A DNA stretch of 64,000 bases, taken from contig NC_042998.1 of assembly GCF_006345805.1 (NCBI RefSeq), positions 163,990,001 to 164,054,000 on the forward strand, in the 5' to 3' direction. Under the pieces are notes generated by a model. The model searched no databases, had not been told where the DNA came from, and saw only the letters and a program-made list of their open reading frames with translations. Source of the DNA: Octopus sinensis. Taxonomy: Eukaryota. Below, piece after piece: positions 41,500 to 55,192 of the stretch. Numbering within the stretch: position 1 is the first letter of the stretch; each line of letters opens with the position of its first letter. The position numbers and the translations under genes are program-made.

Positions 41500-42245
41500 C
41501 ATAAGTTTATCACATATAAACTACGTTATACGGGTATGTCGAAAAGATTACACCCTGTAACTTACATGTAGTGATATCCTACCGGTTTTCACTATTTAAA
41601 TTAGCTTTCCAAAGAACATTGTGAAATAATCATTTCTTGTGACAAAGAGTCTCGCCATTTTGGAATACTTGAAAAGTAAGAATGAGTGAGTTTAGAGAGT
41701 GGACAAAGGGAGGCAACAGGTGGCAAGGGGAGCAACTACCCCTTCAGTATAATTTTCGAAACAGGAATATGTAAGGATCATGTGGTCAAGTTTGTATATT
41801 AAGTTGTGGTCTGTATTCTTGTATGAACAGGTTTTCCTTAATTTAGGCGTTCTTGTAAGGAGATTGAATCTCTGCATTGGTATAATGGAAAAATATGGAA
41901 ATTCAGTGTTTTATTTCTTGCGCATCTGTCAATATGTTCGCTGAGGGCTATTTGCCTGTACTGAGGAAAACGAAGCTGTTCTTTATGCAGCGTAACTCTG
42001 CATCTCAAAGTAAGGCTCATTTGGCCCACATAATTGTGGCCACAACCTGAGCAGGTTAGGGCATAATCCAAAACAAATACATCCGCAGAAACCAATAATC
42101 GTACACCCAGATCAAACTTTCACCACAGACACACAAAACTACCTCACCACTGGGAAATCAACCACGACCTACCTTACAGTAGGAACCCCCATTAATAGGA
42201 AACACCAGTAAGAAACATCCCAGGACTAGGAATAATAATAACAGC

Positions 42246-42281
<36 letters not shown>

Positions 42282-43020
42282 AATAATAATAATAATAATA
42301 ATAAATAATAATAATATAATAATAATAATTATTATTATTATTATTTCAATTCTTTCCCTCCAACAACTAGAAACAGAGAGGGGATCCTACCTGTTCCTCA
42401 ATATAGGAATTCAACTTTCAGAACTTCACCTCTCTCACCTAGACAAAAGGAACAACTTCACAGCCCCTCATACAAGACATACAACTCATACAACGGAAGC
42501 ACCCATACAACATAATCCCAACCAATGCATCTACACAACAATACTTCCATAATAACAACCCTAATACTGAGAATCCCTTCAAACCTAATTACAACAAACA
42601 TTTTTTAGACAGAGTAGAGAGACACAGGGACGCACGTTGGAACAGAACTTGCGGGAGAAACCCCAAAACACTGAATTTCCATATTTTTCCATTATACCAC
42701 TGCAAAGATTCAATCTCCGCACAAGAACGCCTAAATAAGCAAAACCTGTTCATACAAAATTATAGACCACACCTTAATATGCATACTTGACCTCATGATC
42801 TCTACACATTCCTATTTCAACAATTATACTGAGGAGGTAGTTGTCCCACTTACTACCTGTTGCTTCCTTTTGTACACTCTCTAGACTCATTCTTACTTTT
42901 CAAGTATTCCAAAATAGCGAGACTCCTTTGTCACAAGAAATAATTACTTCACAATGTCCCTTGGAAAGCTAATTTAAAAAACGGTTGGACATCACTACAT
43001 TTTATGAGACTCTTACCATC
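41500..43020. mobile_element. PLE GIY-YIG fragment with inverted duplication
   Basis: Minus-strand LDYALTCSGCGHNYVGQ..LRCRVTLH..LSEHID..FHIFPLY. ~41570-41935 and ~42650-43007 are diverged reverse complements. Confidence 0.8.
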
Positions 43021-43257
43021 CATAAAATATGTATATATATATAAAATGTTTTCATAAAAAGATATTAAACTATGTGAAACGAAGGCATTTCTCTTCCAGT
43101 TTTTATATATGTTTTCCACATATTTTCACTTCATAATTTTTGCTCCTTTTATATATGTATACACGACGGTCTTCTTTCAGCTTCCGTCTACCAAATTCAC
43201 ACACATGGCTTTGGTCGGTCTGCCCAAAATGACACGCAGTAAGACTGAATCTGAAAC

Positions 43258-43525
43258 CAGTGGCGGACTGGGTCTAAAAATATTGGTCTGCAGCTACAAT
43301 GCTATCATTTATTTATTTTTGCTCGTTAATCGTATTCTTTTCAACTGTCTACAAACACAGCCAGGCTGATATAATTAATGCATTTTTCCAGGAGTGAATA
43401 AAAAATTCTCAAACTTGAGGGGATAGGCCCCTTAAATACTAACACGGGTCCCCATATACGGATTCTGATGGCGCAGGATTCCACTTGCCATGGTGCAAGC
43501 TGGCAGCCTGGCCAGTCCTCCACTG
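43258..43525. mobile_element. hAT-type MITE nested in a SINE (43160-43570)
   Basis: TIRs CAGTGGCGGACTGG / CCAGTCCTCCACTG. A degenerate 8-bp TSD (TCTGAAAC / CCTGGAAC, 6/8) splits the SINE B-box region. Confidence 0.7.
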
Positions 43526-44226
43526 CCTGGAACTATGTGGTTTGGAAGCAAAATTTTTACCACATAGCCACGACTAAACATTGATTTCATACATATTGTA
43601 TTCTCTGTACTTCACCACCAACTTTTTAGATTTACAGCCTTACAACTGTCACTCATCACTTCTACTTCGTACGATGTATACTTTAGTCTTTCTATTATTC
43701 ATTACTCTTTACTCGTTAATTTCGTTTTCCCATAGTCTTTTCTTTTTACTTTTCTATTTCGGCCATTTTATTCCTGTATTTTATTTGTGAGTCTGCAAAG
43801 AAAATTCCCCCGTTGTCAGATGCTTAGTTTTCACTGTTTCATTATCCTTTTCACTATCACCACCCCCATCATGCTACGTCTTCCATCACTACCATCACCA
43901 CTAAGATAGTCACAAACAACACCATCACTACCACTATCACCACAAGCACCACTACCACTGTTGCCACCTACAATCATCAAAACCAACTACACCACCACGG
44001 CTAACTATACCATCCCACTGACATTGCTACTGCCATCTCCACCATCCCTATCACTACAACTAGGATACCGTCGCCCTCATCATCACAACTAGAGACACCA
44101 GCACCACTACTCTCATCACCACCGCTTTAAAATAACCACAAATACTATCAACATTACCACTGTCACCGCTATTACTGTCATTATCCGCATTATCATGACA
44201 ACCGACAAAATCATCATCATCATCAT

Positions 44227-44261
<35 letters not shown>

Positions 44262-44350
44262 TTGTAACTAACGGCTAACGGAGTAACCTCTAAGTGGTTA
44301 CTTAGAAATAGCAGGCAAATGTCTCTCAAATCACATACTACAACTTTAAA

Positions 44351-45287
44351 TATTCTTTTCTTCACTAGGTACAAGGCCCGAAATTTCGACTCCAGTACGC
44401 AACTGGTACTTAATTTATTGCCTTCGAAAGGATGAAAGGCAAAAATCGACTTCGGCGAAATTTGAACTCAGAACGTAACGGCAGACGAAATACCTATTTC
44501 TTTACTATCCACAAGAGGCTAAACACAGAGAAGACAAACAAGGACAGACAACCGGATTAAGTCGATTATATCAACCCTAGTGGGTAACTGGTACTTAATT
44601 TATCGACCCCGAAAGGTTGAAAGGCAAAGTCGACCTCAGTGGAATTTGAACTCAGAACGTAACGGCAGACGAAATACCTATTTCTTCACTACCCACAAGA
44701 GGCTAAACACAGAAAGGACAAACAAGGACAGACAAACAGATTAAGTCGATTGAACTCAGAACATAACGGCAGTCGAAATACGGCTACGCATTTCGCCCTG
44801 CCAGCTCGCCGCCAGCTCGCCGCCTTATAAATACCTATTTCTTTACTACCCACAAGGAGCTAAACACAGAGAGGACAAACAAGGACAGACAAACGGATTA
44901 AGTCGATTATATCGACCCCAGTGTATAACTGGTACTTATTTAATTGACCCCGAAAGGATTAAAGGCAAAGTCGTCCTCGGTGGAATTTGAACTCAGAACG
45001 TAGCGGCAGACGAAATACCACTAAGCATTTCGCCCGGCATGCTAACGTTTCCTATTTCTTTACTGCCCACAAGGGGGCTACACACAGAGGGGACAAACAA
45101 GGACATATAAACGGATTAAGTCGATTATATCGACCGCAGTCGAAACTAGTACTTATTTAATCGACCCCGAAAGGATGAAAGGCAAAGATAACCTCGGCGG
45201 AATTTGGACTCAGAACGTAGCGGCAGACGAAATTCCGCTAAGCATTTCACCCAGCGTGCTAACGTTTCTGCCAGCTCACCGCCTTCA
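44351..45287 (-). mobile_element. Tandem multimer of the second SINE family (~183-bp body repeats)
   Basis: About five head-to-tail body units. The tRNA-like head (GGCGGTGAGCTGGCAGAAACGTTAG, GAGTTCAAATTCC) is at the minus-strand 5' end, with a partial second head at ~44780-44826. Confidence 0.85.
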
Positions 45288-46514
45288 CACCTTTAAATAA
45301 TGAATTGTGTAATTACTGATATGGAGGAAAAAAGAAAGAAAACGAAAGAGATGAGACTGTCACGGCTGATTTGGAGCGAAACAACAGCAATCTCAACAAC
45401 AACACCGACGACAGCGACAACACGGCACCACGAACATCATCTTAACCATTTCAATCATCATCACCACCACCACCACCACCACGAATAACGCTATTGCCAG
45501 CAGTAACATCATCACCACTACCATGACCAACAATTATTCTGCCTCCAACAACCTCCACCATCGGCACAGGCCTATCTATTCACCACCACTACGTTCGTTT
45601 TCCATCATGTTTCATTTTGCAGCTACCAACAAAACTACGAAAAACCTTAGGTCAACAATAGCACAACCAGCAACAAATCACAACTGAATGCTTTTCCCCT
45701 TTTTTTTTAAAAAAAAAAAATCTCCGCTCCCACCCCATCATTCCCACACACCGATATCACCATATCTTCATGCTTCTTTTTTTACTTCATCACTTTCCTT
45801 TCATCAGCTTTCATCATTCATCAAAGTCTCTCTCTTCTACGACTGGCTCCGTTATTGTATTTTTATATTTATTTTAAACACTTATTTATTTTTCTGTTTT
45901 TGAAGTTGTGATGGAAATTTTCTGAGAGACTTAGACACTCTTAATTTTCTTCTCTTCCCTCCATTCCTTTCATCTGCAACAGGTTTTCTTTTTTTTTTTT
46001 AACTTTTACTACTCACCAATATTTGCGAAGTTACAATATCAAACATTTAACTTCAGGAAGTTACCATTTCAAACGAATGCAGAAATTTTGTATTTTCCAA
46101 AATTGGTTTTCGAAATCTGTAGAAGAGCTCTCTCCAAATAAATTAAATCAGATTTAACGAAAACAAAAAATGAAAAAATAAAAGTGAAAAAAGAGAAAAA
46201 GGAATTATTTTATTTCAAATATTTCTAATATTACAACCATAAAACACGAAGTGCCGATTTGTTGGATAAAGTGTGTTAAAGTATTTAGCTTGTTTAGCTA
46301 CGTTCCTCTGAATTCTGATTTCAAATCCAGTCGAAGTCTCGATTTGACTTTCATCCTTCTGGGGTTGATAAAATAAGCACTAGTTAAAAATCGGATCGAT
46401 ATCAACTCGTCTAAGACCGCTTTGGATTCTATGATACAAACTTTCAATTAAAGGGACCGAAATTAAAACTTCCTTCAAAATTTTGTGTAAATTTGTTGCA
46501 AACATCAGCTTAAT

Positions 46515-46900
46515 TAATGATTTCAAATTTTGGCAAAAGACCAACAATTTTTGAAGGAAAGGTAAGTCGAGTAGAGCGAACTCAGTACTTAACAGGCACT
46601 TACTTTATCGAATACGACAGGATGAAAGGCAAAGTTGACATCGGCGGAATTTGAACTCCATCATGTAAAGACAAAATACCTATTTCTTTACTACCCACAA
46701 GGGGCTAAACACAGAGAGGACAAACAAGGACAGAAAAACGGATTAAGTCGATTATATCGACCCCAGTGCGTAACTGGTACTTATTTAATTGACCCCGAAA
46801 GAGTGAACGGCGAAGTCGACCTCGGCGGAATTTGAACTCAGAACGTAACGGCAGACAAAATACTACTAAGCATTTTGTCCAGCATGCTAACGATTCTACC
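46515..46900 (-). mobile_element. Dimer of the second SINE family
   Basis: Same body unit, containing the junction GAACTCCATCATGTAAAGACAAAA. Confidence 0.8.
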
Positions 46901-47230
46901 TTATACACTAGTTTAATAAGAACGATGTTATTTTACTAAATTTATCATTATTAACAATATTGATAGAAACGAAGGCAGTGGATTTCAACAGAAATATAGT
47001 AACAAAAGGATTAAATTAGGCCATAGTGCCGATGTTAGGCATCATTATATCTCATGTATGTCTTTATTGACAATGTTACCCCACGATTGTTGTTTAGCGG
47101 CGTGGTTTTATAATTTCCTATACAAAATCTCTGAGGAGAAAATTGTCCTCCAAGACAAAAACTTGCAGCAAATGCGTTTCAGTTTGTGTGTACAGAGACG
47201 TTTTAAAAACAAACGGACAAAAAGTGTTAT

Positions 47231-47276
<46 letters not shown>

Positions 47277-47599
47277 TAAAAATGGAGTTAACGCAGGTGC
47301 AAACAAATATTTTTACTTTCGAAACATGTTTCGAAAATTCCACTGATACTATTCAAAAGAATAAATGGTATAAACAATGCAATCTTCTCTTCGGGAAAGT
47401 GAAAAAACGAAACTCGTCAATACCACATTTTATTCATATTATTCAAATATTCAACGTAAATACGAAGTTTCTACCTTTATAAACAAGGAGTTACAACATC
47501 TTTACTTGTGAGATTTTTGCTGCCCTGGTAACTATTATTTATTTTTCCGTGTTAATTGTTAACAAGGTAAAAATACACTCATCTATTTATATATATATA

Positions 47600-47689
<90 letters not shown>

Positions 47690-47840
47690 CTTACTGTGGA
47701 CAAAAGTCGGGATGTGTGGCGTTCAGTTATTCCATAAATAAAAAATGCATTAAATACTACGAAACGTACACGGAGGACAGACACAAGAACCCTAATACTT
47801 TATCAGTTATCGACCGAAAAATACTAATACCTAGTACCTT

Positions 47841-49076
47841 TATTGAGTCATTCATAAATAATCCGTTTTTTTTATACTTCTTTTATTCTTCCAAAATTAC
47901 GATAAGGAAATTTCTTTTTCAATCTAAAATATACTCTCCTTCATTTTCTACAAAACTCTTCCATCTATCTGGTAGACTTGCGACACCCCTCTTCCAAAAC
48001 GCACTTGTCCGCGACGAAAAATATTCCGCCAGTTCTGTTCTGACCTTGTCTATAGAATTCATATTTTTTCCGTCCAAATGATTTTGAAGACTGCGGAATA
48101 AATGATAATTAGATGGGGCAATGTCCGGCGAATATGGTGGGTGGGGCATCGTTTCCATTCAAACTGCTCCAACATTTGGAGCATCGTTGTATGTGGTCGA
48201 GCATTCTCCTGATGGAAGAACATCTTTCGTCTTGAAACAAAAGATAGTCATTTTTCTTTTACCGCTGACTTAAGCCGCTCAAGCTGCTCGCAGTAGATCT
48301 CCTTTGCTATCGTTTGGCTTGGTTTTAAAAGTTCAAAGTGGACTAAACCTTTCATATCCCACCAAACAGATAACAACACCTTACATGGGTGAAGACCTTC
48401 TTTTGCTTGAGGTGCCAGTATTTCTCCTTCCCCTACCCAATGTCTTCGGCGCTTGACATTTTTATAGCGAACCCATTTCTCGTCACCAGTCCCTATTCGG
48501 TCCAAAAAAGGTTCATCCGTGAGACGTGACAGTAAAGAAGAGCACATGTTCCCTCTCTGCGCGCGATTAGACGCGGAAAGTTTCTGAGGAACTCATCGAC
48601 CCAATTTGCTGACTTTTCCGATGGCACGCAGGTGTCGATGAATTGTTGAATGACTAAATCCAAGCCTCTCAGCTAGTTCCTCAAGAGTTACAATGGGATT
48701 TTGTTCCACCAGGGTTTGCAGGACGTCCTCGTCGAGCTCTACAGATCTTCAAGGACGAGGCTCATCTTCTAGGCTGTAGTTTCCGGTTCGGAATTTCTGG
48801 AACCACCGCTGACACTGGCTTACGCTTATTGTCCGATCCCGATATACTGCAATAATATTCCTCGCACTTTCCGTCGTGTTGTTACCTTTATCGATCTCAT
48901 AAAGCAAAATATGTTGAATATACTCCTTTATCATTTCCATTATAGCTTTGAAAAAATAACTGCACTCTTCAAAATTTGCACTAAGAATAAGTACAAGATA
49001 AAATTACTACCTTGTTTTATAGCAAGTTAGTAGTTTATCCCGTGCCCATCCGGCTTATTTATGGGATGACCCAATA
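47841..49076 (-). mobile_element. Near full-length mariner (DD34D) transposon, inactivated
   Basis: TIRs TATTGAGTCATTCATAAATAATCCG / CGGCTTATTTATGGGATGACCCAATA. HTH ILLYE..ARNI..QRWFQKFR; TGDEKW; VWWD; HQENARPH; HPPYSPDIAPSNYHLF. The ORF is broken. Confidence 0.92.
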
Positions 49077-49119
49077 GATATATATATATGTAAATATCTA
49101 TATATATATGTATATGCAA

Positions 49120-49159
<40 letters not shown>

Positions 49160-49487
49160 GTATGTAGTATGTATGTATGTATGTATGTATGTATGTATGT
49201 ATGTATGAATGTATATATATATAGGCACAAGTTCAAACGTCACTAAGATTACTAAAGGTGCAAATCAGCACCAGTATTGCTAGAAACAAGAGTCAAAGTA
49301 ACTCTAAGCCACGAGCATGCACAATCCGAAATCGTCGATGATTTGACACTCCTCGCTCGCTGTAGGGAGGTTGGGCTCTTGTCAGTCGCTTGACTCTTAC
49401 TTTTAGCAATGCTGGTGATGTTTGTACTTGTGCCTTTTGGTTTCTAAATTACGATTAGCCACCTTAATAAATTATATGTCATATATA

Positions 49488-49538
<51 letters not shown>

Positions 49539-49580
49539 ATAAGAAAGTTGGTTTGTGAAAGCACGTAGTTGAATATATAG

Positions 49581-50421
49581 AAAATAGTAAAAAGTGAAAA
49601 AACTACAGAAGGCTTAAATGTTAAAAAATATATATTTGCGTCAATATGTCTGAAGAATATCAAAAAATTTTTGAAGAATATAAAAAAAAATTTTTTTCTC
49701 TTATAATGACATAATTTAGAAGAAAGACCTGTTTCGCGTTTAGCTTTTCAAATTTCTTGCGACGTTATGTTTATGTTGAACAGGGTTATCGTTATGTTTA
49801 TGTTCAAAAGAGTTCTAAATAAGGGGAAGTAATGAGTGATTTTTCCTTTCCCTTGATGTGAATTTCTCTGTATCAGTATGTTGGGATGGTTAAGTCTGGG
49901 CTTGTACTTTTCAATGAAGAATGTTTCCTTGTTTAGTCTAATTTGTGTTGATGATCCGATAGCACATTTGTAAAATGGAAAGATTAAAAATTGTGGTAGT
50001 AGTTGCTTTGCGCATTTCTCAATGTGCTCACTTGAGAAATGCGCAAAGCAACTACTACCACAATTTTTAATCTTTCCATTTACCAACATACTGATACAGA
50101 GAAATTCACACCAAGGGAAAGGAAAAATTTTTAAGCGATAATCTCCCTTACACCGGAAGAAATCACTCATTACCTCCCCTTATTTAGAACTCTTTTGAAC
50201 ATAAACAAACGATAACCCTGTTCAACATAAAATAACGTCGCAAGAAATTTGAAAAGCTAAACGCGAAACCGGTCTTTCTTCTTCTAAATTATGTCATTAT
50301 AAGAGAAAAAACTATTTTTTAATATTCTTCAAAAATTTTTTGATATTCTTCAGACATATTGACGCAAATATATATTTTTTAACATTTAAGCCTTCTGTAG
50401 TTTTTTCACTTTTTACTATTT

Positions 50422-50422
<1 letters not shown>
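49581..50422. mobile_element. ~840-bp palindrome formed from a PLE 3' end
   Basis: The arms meet at a 9-nt loop (50023-50031). The left arm (minus strand) encodes FLIFPFYKC..TQIRLNKETFFIEKYKPRLN, a GIY-YIG C-terminus. A decayed HHR lies in each arm (49720-49758 minus, 50242-50280 plus). Confidence 0.85.
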
Positions 50423-50482
<60 letters not shown>

Positions 50483-50522
50483 ATATATGCATGTGTGTAT
50501 ATATATATATATACACATATAT

Positions 50523-50571
<49 letters not shown>

Positions 50572-50635
50572 GCTGAAATTTACAGAAAAACAAAAGATGA
50601 AGACAGATGTATAAACAACCTGCGGGCGAGAAAGT

Positions 50636-50671
50636 CTTTTACGTTTCGAGCCTACGCTCTTCAGCAGAAAG
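50636..50671 (-). ncRNA. Hammerhead-like motif with a variant core (CUGCUGA); same family as 36564-36601
   Basis: CUUU-CUGCUGA-A-GAGC-guag-GCUC-GAAA-CG-UA^AAAG; A6 is replaced. Confidence 0.5.
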
Positions 50672-50944
50672 GAACACGAGGAAATAAACAAGGAGAGAAT
50701 AAATAAACTTGTGGAGTTAGCGGTCGTCTATATATTTTGTGTTATGCTTAGAAGTTACTGGAATATACGACTCAAGTCGAATAGAACTACCCTTAATCCT
50801 AGTTATAGAATCCGTACGAATGTATTTGAGATAGGCTTGCTTGGACAGGACACTGAATAGTATAATGCATAAAAACGAAGTAAGAAATACCATTACTTGG
50901 TAATTATGTATATGTGCGTGTATGTGTGAGCGAGTGTATATAGT

Positions 50945-50993
<49 letters not shown>

Positions 50994-51420
50994 ACACACC
51001 AGCACCGCTATCAACAACTGCAACATCAACCAACTGCCACCATGACAGGGGACGAAATACTAGCATTACACACTGTTACATAATACCGTAACCACTAACT
51101 AAAAGACCCCCTGCTGATTTTATTTGACGATAAAGACAGGCCTTATTCAATGTTCTTATTTGTTGTCGTCGTCATCGTTCTTGTTCCGCTTCCTAACCTT
51201 GTTGCTTTTGTTGTTGTTGTTTTTTAGTCCCATATCAGCAACGATCGAGCAGTTGTATGATCAAAGGTATCCCAGCCATTACTGAACTTAGTTTCATGAA
51301 ATAACGTGTATTTTAGACTTTAGGGCGTGGTATGAGGCTTGTTATACGTATGCATGAGTGCGTGTGTGTGTGTGTAAATATATATATATATATATACATT
51401 TATATATACACACACACACA

Positions 51421-51483
<63 letters not shown>

Positions 51484-51507
51484 ATATCTATATATATATA
51501 TATAAAC

Positions 51508-51560
<53 letters not shown>

Positions 51561-51575
51561 TATATACATATATAT

Positions 51576-51609
<34 letters not shown>

Positions 51610-51620
51610 TATATATATAC

Positions 51621-51693
<73 letters not shown>

Positions 51694-52977
51694 CATACAC
51701 ATATATATACATACCCATATATATATAAGTACATTCCTATATAGATATATGTTTGTTTGTGTATAAGTGCGGAAATATATGTGTGTATGTGAGTATGAAT
51801 ACATGTGTGTGTGTGCGTATGTATATGTATGCACGCGCGTACACACACACATTGAAGTGCTTATAAGAATACATGCATAAATGCAAGTGTACTGGCATAC
51901 TTATATACATACTTGGAATCATATTTGCATACATAAGTGCATACACACATAAATACACACACACACATATATGTATATATATATGGCATATATATAGTAA
52001 AAGTATGAAATATATTTATATATATGTATATGTGTATATATTTACAGACATATATATATATATATATATATAATGCACACATGCAGCCATATACACGATT
52101 ACATACTTACCTACACACATGTAGATATACATGAGTTGAAATACATATACATATACATCGACAAACACATATACACATTAATAAACACGCATTCTTTTCT
52201 TCTCGGCCTCACCCCACGAAAATAAACAAGAGAAACTTTATGAACAACCAATGCAACAACAGACACAACACTATGAAAAAAAAACCCCCAACAAAAACAA
52301 CAAAACAAAATAACAAAGCACAGAATTTCAGCACACATAGGAACACACACACATACGTACACACATACATACACACACACACACACACATACTCACACAT
52401 GTATATACATATACATATGCATGCATAAGATTATACCATACAAATATATGTATGCATGCGTAAGTATATACCATACATATATATATGTATACATACATGA
52501 ATATATACCATACATATATACATACAATACATGCTTAAATACGATATATACATGCATGCGTACATACATACTAGCCGGCGAGACATCGAGAACACAAGAC
52601 CAACAAAGACTGCAGCTATCCAAATATTCAAGATATACGGTGTAAAAGGCAGACAAAGTGCTATGCAAACAAATTCAAACCACAAGGGTTGGTTTGAAGT
52701 TTCCAAGTATATTAGATATTTAGTTATATCTTTACTTGATAAGATTGGGGGAAACTTGAGATAAAGTTAACTGATTACACAATGGGAGCGGGCATAGCTA
52801 TGTGGTTAAGAAGTACGCTTAGCAACAGCGTAGTTTCGGTTTCAATTCCACTGTGTAGCACTGTGGCTTTGGGTGAACTTAAGCCTTGTGAGTGAAACTA
52901 ATTGTGGGCAAAACTTGTTATAAGAATTGTGTGATGTTCGATCGTGATGGGTTTTACTCGTTTGCATTTGGAACTTT

Positions 52978-53197
52978 TACGAGGGAGTGCTGAAAAGTTC
53001 CTGGCTTTAAGGGCATTGCGAAAGGCCTGGCTGGAGGCTCAAACTTGCGAGCTCTTTTACAGGGCTCAGAAAAACTGAAGGACTACTATAATAAATGTAT
53101 GAATCTGAGACGGGAATATGCTAAATTTAATCATAATTAACTGATCCTCCTGTATTTTCTTTTACCTAGATCCAGGAACTTATAGCACTCCCTTGTA
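52978..53197 (+). mobile_element. Mariner-derived MITE
   Basis: TIRs TACGAGGGAGTGCTGAAAAGTTCCTGG / CCAGGAACTTATAGCACTCCCTTGTA. It retains a transposase C-terminal remnant GSEKLKDYYNKCMNLRREY. Confidence 0.8.
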
Positions 53198-53463
53198 GTT
53201 GAATTCAGTTCATTGCAAACACTAGTAGTACGTGAGTTGTGGTTTCTTTCTTCCCTCATCTACACCCACGAGTCTGACTGATAGTGCTATCATTGGTGTT
53301 GTCTTGGGAACCGCCTTTTCACTAGCTCCGTCATTCAAGCTGCGATTCTTCCATTTTGTTTTCGAGAATATTATACGGTTCTATATTTGAGAGATGAAGA
53401 ATTATGTACATTATTTACATTATTTACATTTGACGGATATTTGTCCTCATCTTGTTTGTTATT

Positions 53464-53509
53464 AACACAACGTTTCGGCTGATGTACTCTCCAGCCTTCA
53501 TCAGGTGTC
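53464..53509 (-). ncRNA. Minimal type I hammerhead ribozyme in a PLE pLTR (GUU site)
   Basis: GACAC-CUGAUGA-A-GGCUG-(10 nt)-CAGCC-GAAA-CG-UU^GUGUU. Confidence 0.8.
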
Positions 53510-53581
53510 TTGGGAAAATTTCGAACCTGTGTTCTCATTCCTAAGATATTTTCCCAATGTTATTGTTATTATTATTATCAC

Positions 53582-53627
<46 letters not shown>

Positions 53628-54502
53628 TATTATTTTTGTTGTTGTTGTTGTTGTTATTGTTATTCAGGTCACTCGGAATCTTGGGGTTAGTAGCCCGCGC
53701 TCTTAACCACAACACCATATGCCCGTGGGGAATTATGGAGTGAATTTTAGGGCTTATAAATCTAATATTTTCCTATCCTTCCTTAATACCGGTTCCCATA
53801 TGCTACTCATATCTGCGCTCGGTCTGCTTTGGAGGTTATTATGTTCTAGCATATGTGCTGCTTCTTTTAGTTTTCGTATTTTCCAGTAGTGTTCTTTGTC
53901 TATTATTTGAACTTCATCCCACATGGAGAGGTGGATTCCGTTTTTCCATACATGATCAGCTATAACAGATTTATCAATATCTCCTCGTGTCACAGCTTTG
54001 CTATATTTCTCTGCCCTTATTTTGAGGGGGCGGCATGTTTCGCCTTTGTATAACCTACCACAGCATCATGGGATGGAGTACACGCAGTCTTTGGTCATAT
54101 TCTCTTCTATTGGTGGTTTTACACAAAGTAGATATTTGCGAAGTGTTGTACTATTCTTGAATACTGCCCTGATGTCATATGGGCCGCATATGAGAGAGGA
54201 TAAAACCCATAAACTGACCACAGTCTGTCTACTCTATGTGAAAGGCCTCTTCGAAAAGATACAAAAGATATGCTGCCCATATTGCATCAGGACAGTATTC
54301 AAGAGTAATACAACACTTCGCAAATATCTCCTTCGAATAAAACCACCAATAGAAGAGAATATAACCAAAGACTGCGTGTACTCCATCCCAGGCAGCTGTG
54401 GTAGGTTATACAAAGGCCTGAATAGTAATAGCAATAATAACAATAGTACTAACATCGAAAAAATACCTTAGGAATGAGAACCCAGGTTCGAAATTTCCCC
54501 AG

Positions 54503-54548
54503 GACACTTGATGAAGGCTGGAGAGTACATCAGCTGAAACGTTGTGTT
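54503..54548 (+). ncRNA. Mutated copy of the pLTR hammerhead (C3 to U)
   Basis: GACAC-UUGAUGA-A-GGCUG..CAGCU-GAAA-CG-UU^GUGUU. Confidence 0.6.
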
Positions 54549-55192
54549 AACAACAAACAAGATGAGGACAAATATCTGTCAAATGTAAATAATGTAAATA
54601 ACGAGAATATTATAATCGGAAACTTTTATGGAATATGCATTTACACGTAAATCCAGGATTGCAGAATAGTTCGTTCAGCAGTTCATTTCGGAAATTACGT
54701 GACCACGCATTCGTTCTTTCTGCGTGACATCTCGGTTAAGTCCCCTTTACTCAAGGCGGCCTACACCTTTTTGGAAACACTAGTTTGACGAAAACTGACT
54801 GGAACCCGACAGATGGATTACTTCCTTGACTTGAAGGTTCATCCGTGTCACACAGATTTTGTGGAATACTCAGCCACATGAAACGATGGGACGATTGAAA
54901 ACTTATGGTCAGAAATTTTGACCACTTTTCGTTTATATTATTTTAGTTTTCATGCATATTTTAAGACGGTTATTCTTTTATCTGTCACTTGTTTCAATCA
55001 TTGGACTGGGGCCTTGAAGACTTTAAGTCGACCAAATGAACCTCAGTACTTACTTTTTTTAAAGCTTGCTATTTATTTTGTTGGTCTCTTTTGCTGATGT
55101 GCTAGGTTACAGGGAAATGAACAAACCAACACTTGCTGTCAAGTGGTGGTGGAGGACGAACAGAACACAGACACAAGGGCGTGTGCACAACA

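Larger units (their letters stand above)
53385..54601. mobile_element. PLE fragment with doubly inverted structure and inverted pseudo-LTRs
   Basis: Minus-strand CVYSIP..GRLYKGET..KSVIADHVW..KIRKLKEAAHM. The plus strand has an inverted copy, LYVKGLFEKI..RTVFKSNTTLRKYL..CVYSIP. The outer arms ~53410-53590 and ~54420-54601 are reverse complements. Confidence 0.88.

Noticed and set aside
44351-45287. CRISPR-like regular repeats
   Set aside because: The units are ~183-bp SINE bodies without unique spacers, the context is eukaryotic, and there are no cas genes.
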